From Vulcanimicrobiota bacterium (GTDB taxonomy: Bacteria > Vulcanimicrobiota > Vulcanimicrobiia > Eremiobacterales > Eremiobacteraceae), in contig CAWETU010000001.1 in the NCBI GenBank assembly GCA_963812135.1, positions 32,001 to 96,000 on the forward strand: 64,000 nt of DNA, given 5' to 3'. Below the pieces are notes generated by a model. The model saw only the letters and a program-made list of their open reading frames with translations. It did not search any database and was not told where the DNA came from. This document shows, one piece after another, positions 41,487 through 50,132 of this stretch (positions are counted from its first letter, which is position 1; each line of letters opens with the position of its first letter). Both the position numbers and the translations under genes were made by a program.

Positions 41487-42466
41487 TGAGCCGCGCCCCC
41501 GCGCAGGCGTGCGATCAGTGCTTCGAAATCGGCGGGGCGCGGCGCGTCGAACGACAGCGGCGCTCCAGTGACTGGATGCACGAAGCGCAGGCGCGCGGCG
41601 TGCAGGGCTTGCCGCTCTATGCCGAGGTCCGGATAGCCCGCGCCGTAGATCGGGTCGCCGACGATCGGATGGCCGATGGCGGCGAAATGCACGCGGATCT
41701 GATGGGTGCGGCCGGTCTCGAGCGTCACTCGCAGCAGCGCAGCTTGATCGTAACGCCCGAATTTAGGCGATCCTCTCTTGGTGTCGCGGTCGAGTTTGCT
41801 CGACCGTAAATCATAGGTCTCAACGGTGCGATAGTGCGTGACGGCATGTTTGCCTTCGTGCCGTACGGCGAAGCGCGTGCGCGCTGTCGGGTCGCGCGCG
41901 AGCGGCGCATCGATCGCGCCGCTCGCGGCGGGCGGTGCGCCCCATACGACCGCGTCGTATTCGCGCTCGACGTGATGCGCCGCGATCGCCGCGGACAGGG
42001 CGCGCATCGCCCGCTCGCTCTTCGCGACGACCAGCAGACCCGACGTGTCCTTGTCGAGCCGGTGCACGATGCCCGGGCGAGCCGCGTCGCCAAGCGCCGG
42101 CAGCGGACCCAAACGAGCGAGCAACGCGTTCACCAGCGTGCGCGACGGGCTGCCGGGCGCCGGATGCGTCGCCATGCCCGCCGGCTTGTCGACGACGCTG
42201 ATGTCCTCGTCCTCATACACGATGGCGATCGGGATCTCTTCGGCGGCGGGCACGCGCGGCGCGCGTTGCGGCAAAACCGCTTCGACTCGCTCGCCCGCCT
42301 TGAGGTGGTGCGACGGCTTGGCGGGGTGCCCGTCGATGCGGATCATCCCGCTGCGGATGAGCGCCGAGATCTCAGCGCGCGATCGTGAGGTGCGGCGCGC
42401 CAGCACCGCGTCCAAGCGGCTTCCCGCTTCTTCTCCCGTCGCCGTGAACGCGACGGTCTCGCTCAC
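41483..42466 (-). CDS. rluD: RluA/RluD family pseudouridine synthase with S4 domain
   Basis: RLD..L S4 start, VVDKPAGM, GIVHRLDKDTSGL, LETGRTHQIRVH, HPIVGD..Y, QALHA. Confidence 0.93.
   Translation of the reverse strand: MSETVAFTATGEEAGSRLDAVLARRTSRSRAEISALIRSGMIRIDGHPAKPSHHLKAGERVEAVLPQRAPRVPAAEEIPIAIVYEDEDISVVDKPAGMATHPAPGSPSRTLVNALLARLGPLPALGDAARPGIVHRLDKDTSGLLVVAKSERAMRALSAAIAAHHVEREYDAVVWGAPPAASGAIDAPLARDPTARTRFAVRHEGKHAVTHYRTVETYDLRSSKLDRDTKRGSPKFGRYDQAALLRVTLETGRTHQIRVHFAAIGHPIVGDPIYGAGYPDLGIERQALHAARLRFVHPVTGAPLSFDAPRPADFEALIARLRGGAAQ
41745..41813. repeat. Degenerate REP-doublet-like palindromic insert inside rluD
   Basis: Perfect hairpin CGGTCGAG-TTTG-CTCGACCG (41787-41806) plus degenerate GTAACGCCCGAATTTAGGCG at the other end. 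It encodes an extra ~20-aa loop. Confidence 0.55.
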
Positions 42467-42975
42467 GGTTCGGCTGGGGTGCGCTCGGTGAGCGTTGCAG
42501 GTACCGGCTCGGAGACGGCGGCCACCTCAGGCTCGCGCCGGCGATCGTGCACGACGATGCGCAGCAGCAGCAACACCACGCCGATGCTGATCGCCGAGTC
42601 GGCGGCGTTGAACACCGGCCACCAGCGCAGATCGATGAAGTCGACGACATAGCCGAGCCGGACGCGATCGAGGATGTTGCCGATCGCGCCGCCCAGGATC
42701 AGGCCGAACGCGATATGGGTCAGCAACGTGGCGCCGTCTTGCCGGTACCAGTAGTAGAAAAGAAGCACGACTCCCAGGGCGACGGCTGCGAGTAGCAGCG
42801 GGTGTGACCCGAACATGCCGAACGCACCGCGGTGGTTCTGCACGTAGGTGAGCCACAGCACGCGCGGTATGACGATCCGGCTCTCGTCCGGCAAGAAGTG
42901 GGTCGCGATGGCGCGTTTGGTCAGTTGATCGAGCGCCACGACAAGCGCCGCGACAAGGAAGAACACAAATGACAT
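42463..42975 (-). CDS. lspA: Lipoprotein signal peptidase II
   Basis: LDQLTK, N.GAFG, GGAIGNILDR, VVDFID, FNAADSAI. Confidence 0.95.
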   Translation of the reverse strand: MSFVFFLVAALVVALDQLTKRAIATHFLPDESRIVIPRVLWLTYVQNHRGAFGMFGSHPLLLAAVALGVVLLFYYWYRQDGATLLTHIAFGLILGGAIGNILDRVRLGYVVDFIDLRWWPVFNAADSAISIGVVLLLLRIVVHDRRREPEVAAVSEPVPATLTERTPAEP

Positions 42976-43031
42976 ATCGTGGACGGTTTTCCAGCGCGAC
43001 GAGACGTTTCTCCTGGCTTGCGGCAGCGGGA

Positions 43032-43826
43032 CTATGCCGAGTACGCGTCCACCAGCGCCTCGAGGCGCCGCCCGGTCAACACCGAGATGTAGGCGGGCAC
43101 CAACGGCAGCACGCAGGGCGAGATGAACGACACGAGTCCGGCGATGAAGACGACGCTCAGCGTGAGCGCGCTGCCGGTGCCGATGTCCGGGCCCGTGCCG
43201 ACATTCGCAAGCGCGGGAAACTCCTTGTACAAGAACCCGGTGAAGCGCAAGAACGAGTTCGTGACGAGGATCAATCCCGCGCCGACGACGAGAATGCCGG
43301 CGAATATCTCGATCGCATGCAGATAGCGCTTGAAGCGCTTGAGCAGCGGCAGCACGTAATTGAGCGCGAGCGCGGTCGCGATGAACGGCAATCCCAATCC
43401 GAGCGAATACACGGACAGATAGATGACGCCCAATCCGGGATTGCTCGTGCTGCCGGCGATCGCGAGGACGGCGGCGAGGACCGGTCCGATGCACGGCGAC
43501 CAACCGGCCGCAAAACCGATGCCGGCCAGCAGCGTCGCGGGATACGACGTCGTGTGATGCGCGAAATGGAGGCGTTTGTCCATCGCGAGGACGCCGATGC
43601 GGAACAGGCCCATCATATTGAGCCCGAGAAGGATGATGACGACACCGATGACGCGCGCGATGAGCACCTGGTGCTCTTTGAACAGCGCGCCAAGCGCGCT
43701 CGCGGATGCGCCGGCCAGCACGAAGATCAGCGTGAATCCAAGCACGAAGACGATCGAGTGGGCCAGCAGCTCGCGTCGCACGGAGAGAGGGGCTGGCGCG
43801 GGTTGGACTGATTCTGCGCCGCTCAT
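43032..43826 (-). CDS. ccdA: Cytochrome c biogenesis / thiol-disulfide transporter CcdA, circularly permuted
   Basis: FVLGF..IF...GASAS, GWSPCIGPVL, YSLGLGLPF. The normally N-terminal AGLVSFISPCVLPLVPAY motif is at the C-terminus. Confidence 0.88.
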   Translation of the reverse strand: MSGAESVQPAPAPLSVRRELLAHSIVFVLGFTLIFVLAGASASALGALFKEHQVLIARVIGVVIILLGLNMMGLFRIGVLAMDKRLHFAHHTTSYPATLLAGIGFAAGWSPCIGPVLAAVLAIAGSTSNPGLGVIYLSVYSLGLGLPFIATALALNYVLPLLKRFKRYLHAIEIFAGILVVGAGLILVTNSFLRFTGFLYKEFPALANVGTGPDIGTGSALTLSVVFIAGLVSFISPCVLPLVPAYISVLTGRRLEALVDAYSA

Positions 43827-43870
43827 CGAGTCTTAGATCCTGTCAATCTTGCCTGTTCCGGAGGTGACTA

Positions 43871-44752
43871 TTGCTCGCCCTGCTCTTCGCTGCCGACACG
43901 CAACATTGGTTCACGTATCCGCGCGTCGATCCGGTTGCGATCCACATCTACAAGGACTTTGGCATCCGTTGGTATGGGCTGTCGTATGTTATCGGCGCCA
44001 TCCTCGTGTACCTCCAGTTGCAGAGCAAGAGCAGCCGCGCGCGCACCGGATTGACGGTCGAACAAGCGCAAGAATTCATCGTCTATACGATGATCGGCAT
44101 CATCCTCGGCGGCCGGATCTTCTTCCTCATCGCCGACATGCTCACGCCGCTTTCAGCAGGCGGTCATTCGCTCACCTATTACCTTTCTAATCCAATTCAA
44201 ATCATCGCGATCTGGACTGGCGGCATGGCGTTCCATGGCGGCCTGCTCGGCGGCATCGCCGGCGCGTGGATCTACGTGCGGCGCATCAAGCTGTCGATCT
44301 TGAAAGTGCTCGACGAGACGGTCTTGTGGCTGCCCGTCGCGATCCTTCTCACCCGGATCACGAACTTCATCAACGACGAACTGCCGGGCCGCGTCACCGA
44401 CTCGCCGATCGGCATCCTCTTCCCGAACTACCAAGGCTACCGCTACCCGTCGCAGCTGTTCGAAGGCATCGGCATGGTGCTCATCGTGCTGCCGCTGGTC
44501 TGGCTCGTGCGTTCGCGCCCCGACATCTTCCGGCCGGGCGCCGTGTTTTGGACGTTCATCGCCGGCTACGGACTCGTGCGGACGGTCGTCGAATTCTACC
44601 GCGAGCCCGGAATCATTTTCTTGGGCCTCACGGGCGCGCAGTATCTCACCATCGCGATGGTGATCCTCGGCGTCGTGATGATCTGGCTCGGCCAGCGACA
44701 GCCCATGCCGGCTGCCACCCCCCAACCGAAGACTGCCAAACCGCGCACCTAG
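43871..44752 (+). CDS. lgt: Prolipoprotein diacylglyceryl transferase
   Basis: DPVA, IRWYGL, GGR, W.GGMAFHGG, R..NFIN.E, YPSQLFE, R..VEFYREP. RBS GGAGG. Confidence 0.95.
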   Translation: MLALLFAADTQHWFTYPRVDPVAIHIYKDFGIRWYGLSYVIGAILVYLQLQSKSSRARTGLTVEQAQEFIVYTMIGIILGGRIFFLIADMLTPLSAGGHSLTYYLSNPIQIIAIWTGGMAFHGGLLGGIAGAWIYVRRIKLSILKVLDETVLWLPVAILLTRITNFINDELPGRVTDSPIGILFPNYQGYRYPSQLFEGIGMVLIVLPLVWLVRSRPDIFRPGAVFWTFIAGYGLVRTVVEFYREPGIIFLGLTGAQYLTIAMVILGVVMIWLGQRQPMPAATPQPKTAKPRT

Positions 44753-47700
44753 GTCACTTTATGGACGTGGACCACGAGCGAGTCGCCGCGTGTGACCTCG
44801 ATCGTCTGCGCCAGCGTTTGTTGCGCGATGTAATCGCGCCAACGTTCGATTGCCGCAGCATACGCCTCGTCAGCCGTGATCTTGACGATGATGCGATCGC
44901 TGATGTGCAGCGCCGCGCGTTTGCGCGCGTCTTGGATTTCGCGCACGATTTCGCGCGCGAGTCCCTCCTGCGCGAGCGCTTCGTCGATGCGCGTGTCGAG
45001 CGCGACGAGCATGCCGTCGGACTCGGCCGACGCGTAGCCGCGTGCCGACTTGCTGTCGACCAGCACGTCTTCGGGGTCGAGCTCGAAAACTTCGCCGTTC
45101 GCTGACACCTTGATCTTGCCGCCTTGCGCGACGGTCGTGGCGACGGCGCGCGCGTCCGCGGCGGCGAGCGCTTGGCGCAGCGCACCCAACTTCTTGCCGA
45201 AGCGCGGGCCGAGGCGGGGTAGATTCGGCCGCAGCGCATACTCGATGAACTCCGCATCAAGGCCGACGATCTTGCACGTCCTTGACGTTGAGCTCTTCGA
45301 GCACGAGCGCACGGAAGCGGATCAATGCATCGGACTCGGCAGCCGTTCGCGGGCGCACGTATGCCACCGGCAGCGGTTGTCTCGTCTTCATCTTTGAGGC
45401 GGCACGCACTTGGCGGCCGAGATCAACGGTCTTCTGGGCGACGCGCATCGCGCTGACGAGCGCGCTATCTTCGCGCTCGAGCTGCGCTTGCGGCCACGCC
45501 GCAAGATGCACGCTCTCGGGAGCTTTCTTGTCCAGCGCGCGCACCAAGATCTGGTAGAGCGATTCGGCCAACATCGGCGCGAACGGTGCGGTCAAGAGAG
45601 ACAGCGTGTGCAGCGCTTCGTAGAGCGTGCGATACGCAGCGTTCTTTTCCGCGCCGGTGCTGGACGCCCAGAACCGGTCGCGAGACAGGCGCACGTACCA
45701 ATTGGAGAGTTCGTCGATGAACGTCTCGATCGCGCGCGCGGCGTTTTGCGCGTCGTAGAGCTCCAGCCGCGTCGTCACATCGGTGACCAGCTCGTTGAGC
45801 CGGGCGACCAGCCAGCGGTCGAGATCGTGGCGTTGCTGCAGTCGCACGTCGGCCGGGATACCGACCTGATCGTCGTTCGCGTACAGTGTGAAGAAGTTGA
45901 CCGTGCTCCACAGCGTGTTGAGCAAGGTGTGCGTGCTCTCGCGCACCAGCTCGACGGAACAGCGCTTCCCGGCGCCGGGCGGGCTGCCCGCGACGAAGTA
46001 CCAGCGCAGCGCGTCGGCGCCGAGCGCGTCAAACACTTCCCACGGGTCGAGCACGTTGCCCTTGCTCTTGCTCATCTTCTCGCCGCGCTCGTCGACCACG
46101 TGGCCCAAACAGACGACGTTGCGATACGCCGGCGAGTCGAACATCAGCGTCGCGATCGCATGCAGGCTGTAGAACCAGCCGCGCGTCTGATCGACCGCTT
46201 CGCAGATGAAGTCCGCTGGGAAGCTCTCTTTGAACAGATCGGCGTTCTCGAACGGGTAATGCCACTGTGCGTACGGCATCGAACCCGAGTCGAACCACGC
46301 GTCGATGACTTCCGGCACACGCCGGTATTCGCGACCTTCTACCGTGAACACGACATCGTCGATCGCAGGCCGGTGCAGGTCAAGGTCCGAGAGATCGCGC
46401 CCCGCGCGTTCGGATAGCTCTTTGACCGATCCGATGCAGATGTAATCCTTGCCGTCTGTCCACAGCGGCAGCGGTGTCCCCCAGAAGCGCTCGCGCGAGA
46501 GGGCCCAGTCGACATTGTTCTCAAGCCAATTGCCAAAGCGGCCTTGCTTGACGTTGTCCGGCACCCAATTGACCGCGTCGTTGTTGGCGAGCAGTTGCGT
46601 CTTGAACTCGGTCGTGCGGATGAACCACGCCGTCTTGGCGATGTACAGCAGCGGGTCGTCGGTGCGCCAGCCGAACGGGTACGTATGGCGGATCGTGCCG
46701 GACCTGAACATCAGGTCGCGTTTCTTCAGGTCGGCGATGATCGGCGCGTCCGCATCTTTGAAGAATCGCCCGGCGGCGACGGTGACTTCAGCGACGACGT
46801 GCCCGGTGTAATCGACGCTGTAGTAGATAGGAAGATCCCGCGCCTTGCCGAGCGCGAGATCGTCAGGGCCATACGCCGGCGCGACGTGGACGATGCCGGT
46901 GCCGTCTTCCGTCGTCACGAACGGCGCCGCGATGACGTAGTAGCGGTCCTTCTCGCTCACGCAGTAATCGTACAGCGGCTGATAGCGGGTGCCCGCAAGC
47001 TCACTGCCCTTGATGCGCCGGATCAGGCGCACGGGATCGTCTCCGAATACTCTCTGCAGCAGCGGCTCGGCGACGATCAGCTTTTCGCCTTCGCGTTCGA
47101 CGACCGCGTACTCGACGTCGGGATGCACCGCCAGCGCCATGTTCGCCGGCAACGTCCACGGTGTCGTCGTCCATGCGAGGATCGACGTCGACGGATCGTC
47201 GGCGAGGCGGAAGCGGACGAAAACCGACGGATCGTCGGTCTCGCGATAGCCAAGCGCGACTTCGGCATCTGAGAGCGTCGCGCCGATGCGCGGGTCATAG
47301 GGGACCGATTTGTAATCTTGCTGGATCAGCCCGCGATCCCAGAGCTGTTTGAGCAGCCACCAGACAGTCTCGATGTACGTGTTGTCCAGCGTGATATACG
47401 GATGCTCGAGATCAACCCAGTACGCCATGCGCTCGGTCATCGCGTTCCAGTCGCTGACGTAGCGGAAGACGCTCTCGCGGCAGCGGCGGTTGAATTCTGC
47501 GATGCCGACTTCGGCTTCGAGCCGGCTCTTGTCCAAGATGCCGATCTCTTTTTCGACCTGATGCTCGACCGGCAGTCCGTGCGTATCCCAACCGGCCTTG
47601 CGGCGCACGAACTTTCCGCGCATCGTCCAAAAGCGCGGATAGAGATCTTTGAACGTGCGCGCGAGTACGTGATGAACGCCGGGCCTGCCGTTGGCGGTGG

Positions 47701-47866
47701 GCGGGCCTTCGTACATCGTGTAACGCGGGCCGTGCTTGGTCTGCTCGAGCGATCGCTCGAAGATCTTCGCGTCGCGCCAGAATTCAAGCACCTCGCGCTC
47801 GCGCACGGGCGCGTCGGATAACATGCCTGGTGTCGGGAACTGGTTCTTGCCGAGCGGCTCGATCAT
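44749..47866 (-). CDS. ileS: Isoleucyl-tRNA synthetase, type 2 (frameshift near 45275)
   Basis: EGPPTANG.PGVHH, GWDTHGLPVE, WTTTPWTL, DW..SR.R.WGTPLP, DQTRGWFYSL, KMSKSKGN. IleRS2-type C-terminus (EGLAREIVR.IQ..RK) is in the second frame. Confidence 0.96.
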
Positions 47867-48993
47867 TGCGCCGCCGTTCCGCGCTCGCGCAGCCCCGAGA
47901 ATATCGTCTCCTCGGACACAACGCCGGTCACTTCGCCGTTCTCCAGCACCGGAAGGCTACGCGCCCCGCTTTTCGCGAGCGCGGCGAGCGCGTCGCTCGC
48001 AGGCGTGTCGGCGGACAGCTGCGGCAAGCCCGCCGCCGGCGTCATGATCGCTCGCACGGGCGTGTGCTCCCAGAGCGCCGGCGGCACATTTCCCGTGTCG
48101 CGCGGGCTCACCAGCCCGACAAAATTGCCGTCCACGACGACGGGATACGCGGTGCGCCGTCCGTCCGCCACTTGGGCGACGAATGCCGTGAGCGGCGCGT
48201 CGCCGGACACGGGGATCAAGGTGCGCGCCATGACGTCGCCGGTGCGCGTACGCTCGAGGGTGAGACTGATGCGCGCCTGCCGGCCGCTCGCGATCGCCGC
48301 CTGCAGCAAGAACAAGGCGATGAAGATGAGCCAGATGCCGTTCCACATGTGTCTGAATGCCATCAGGCCGCCGGCGACGACGAGCAGGGCTGCGACGATG
48401 GCGCTCACCGTGCTCGCTGCGCTCGTCGCGCGCGCTTGGCTGCCCATGAATCTCCACAGCAGCGCCCGCAAGATCCGGCCGCCGTCGCTTGGGAATGCGG
48501 GGAGCAGATTGAACACGGCCAACACCAGGTTTGTGCCGGCCAAGAACGTGCACAGCGTAAAGATCCATGACCAGTGCAACGGGCCCGTCACAGCAGCGAG
48601 CCCGGCGAACACCACGGCGAGCGCGATGCTCGCCAGCGGTCCCGCCGCTGCCATCTTGATCTCGTCCGCCGGCGTGCCGGGCTCGCGCAAGATGCTGGCA
48701 ACCCCGCCGAACAGGAACAGCGTGATGTTGCCGATCGGGATCCCGAGCCGGCGGGCGACCACCGCGTGCGCGAACTCGTGGGCCACGACGCAAGCGAACA
48801 AGACGAGCGCAGCGATCAGGCCGAGAATAAAGCCGTTGCGCGTCGACAGCGGCACGCCGTACATGTCGGCGATCGCGTGCGCCGAAAGCATGGCGGCGTA
48901 CGCGAAAAGCGCATAGATGACCAGCCACGTCGGATGGATAGCGATTTCGATGCCGGCGATGCTCCCGATACGCCAGCTTGAACGGATGAGCAT
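47863..48993 (-). CDS. Site-2 protease (M50) with CBS domains
   Basis: HEFAH, LFLFGGVA, AGPL.S, FNLLPAFPSDGGR, then a CBS pair (DVM...; AIMTP...LPV). Confidence 0.92.
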   Translation of the reverse strand: MLIRSSWRIGSIAGIEIAIHPTWLVIYALFAYAAMLSAHAIADMYGVPLSTRNGFILGLIAALVLFACVVAHEFAHAVVARRLGIPIGNITLFLFGGVASILREPGTPADEIKMAAAGPLASIALAVVFAGLAAVTGPLHWSWIFTLCTFLAGTNLVLAVFNLLPAFPSDGGRILRALLWRFMGSQARATSAASTVSAIVAALLVVAGGLMAFRHMWNGIWLIFIALFLLQAAIASGRQARISLTLERTRTGDVMARTLIPVSGDAPLTAFVAQVADGRRTAYPVVVDGNFVGLVSPRDTGNVPPALWEHTPVRAIMTPAAGLPQLSADTPASDALAALAKSGARSLPVLENGEVTGVVSEETIFSGLRERGTAAQ

Positions 48994-49006
48994 GGTAACT
49001 GCGAGT

Positions 49007-50122
49007 TTATCTCTCGGGCAGCGGCGCGCCTTCGCGTTCGACGAGCTCTTGCAGCCAATCAAAGGCGAGCGCCGCGCGCGCCTGCAACGCCGGGGTGCGA
49101 GCGCGCAAATGTTCGCGCAGGGCGTCGCGCTGCGACCAGAGCCCCTCCACGAATTCGTCGGTGAGGGTATCGCGCATGAGCGCGGGCAGCGGATACGCGA
49201 GGCTTGCGGTGAGCGCTTGGATCTTCGGATCGTAGGGCACCGCGATGAACGGAACCGCGAGTCGGGCGGCGAGGATCAGGGCATGCAGGCGCATCGAGAT
49301 GACCGCCGAGCAACGCGCCATCAGCGCGGTCATCGTCTCGAGATCGTATCCACCGCCGAGCAGGACGGGCGCCGACTTGCAGCGCCGGATAACCGCGGCG
49401 GCGGCCTCCGCGTCGTTCGGCGGTTGGAGCGGTACGAAGACCACTTGCGCCCCGTGCTGCAACGCGAGCCTGTCGACGACGGACGCGAGACGTTCCATGA
49501 CCTGATCGAGCGCTTGGCCGCGGCGCACGACCACCGCCACGACATCCCGCACGTTGTCGCGCAGGCCTTCGCGCACGAGCAGGTCGCGCGCCGCCCGCGA
49601 TTCCGTGGCGTCTGCCAAGAAAACGGGATCGGCCGCCAGCCGCACATCGACGTTCGGCAGGAGCGCTTGCAGCGTGCCCAGGGACGTCTCGTCGCGCACG
49701 CTAGCCTGATCGATGCCGGCGCACGAACGCTTGACGACCTCGCGTCCGAAATAGTTGAGCGGTCCGATCCCCTGGGCGAAGATCGCGGTTTTGCGGCCGG
49801 CGCGTTTCGCCTCGCGGATGATGCTCGCGTAGTACAGCAGGCTGCGAAGACTGGTCGCGCTTTGCAATAATCCGCCGCCGCCGCTCACCACGACATCGGA
49901 GGCCTGGATCGCCTCCGACACCGAACGCCACGCCATGCGCGGCACCGCTTCGACGCCGTACATGCGCCGTGTCTCGTCTGGCTGCTCCGAGAGGACCACG
50001 AGCGTGTCGTCGGGCCGGCGCAGACGCCATTGCGACACGAACACATTGAGAATCGCCTCGTCCCCGAAATTGCCGAAGCCATAATAGCCGGAGAGGAGCA
50101 GACGCGCCGGCGACCCTGTCAC
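49007..50122 (-). CDS. csaB: Polysaccharide pyruvyl transferase CsaB
   Basis: SGYYGFGNFGDEAIL, SGGGGLLQ..TS.RSLLYY, AQGIGPL, VRD..S, MRLHALI, YDPKI. Confidence 0.92.
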   Translation of the reverse strand: MTGSPARLLLSGYYGFGNFGDEAILNVFVSQWRLRRPDDTLVVLSEQPDETRRMYGVEAVPRMAWRSVSEAIQASDVVVSGGGGLLQSATSLRSLLYYASIIREAKRAGRKTAIFAQGIGPLNYFGREVVKRSCAGIDQASVRDETSLGTLQALLPNVDVRLAADPVFLADATESRAARDLLVREGLRDNVRDVVAVVVRRGQALDQVMERLASVVDRLALQHGAQVVFVPLQPPNDAEAAAAVIRRCKSAPVLLGGGYDLETMTALMARCSAVISMRLHALILAARLAVPFIAVPYDPKIQALTASLAYPLPALMRDTLTDEFVEGLWSQRDALREHLRARTPALQARAALAFDWLQELVEREGAPLPER

Positions 50123-50132
50123 GGACGGAGCG

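Noticed and set aside
45257..45312. Programmed frameshift or split gene in ileS
   Set aside because: No slippery heptamer or stimulatory structure is evident, and the same error pattern recurs across the window.
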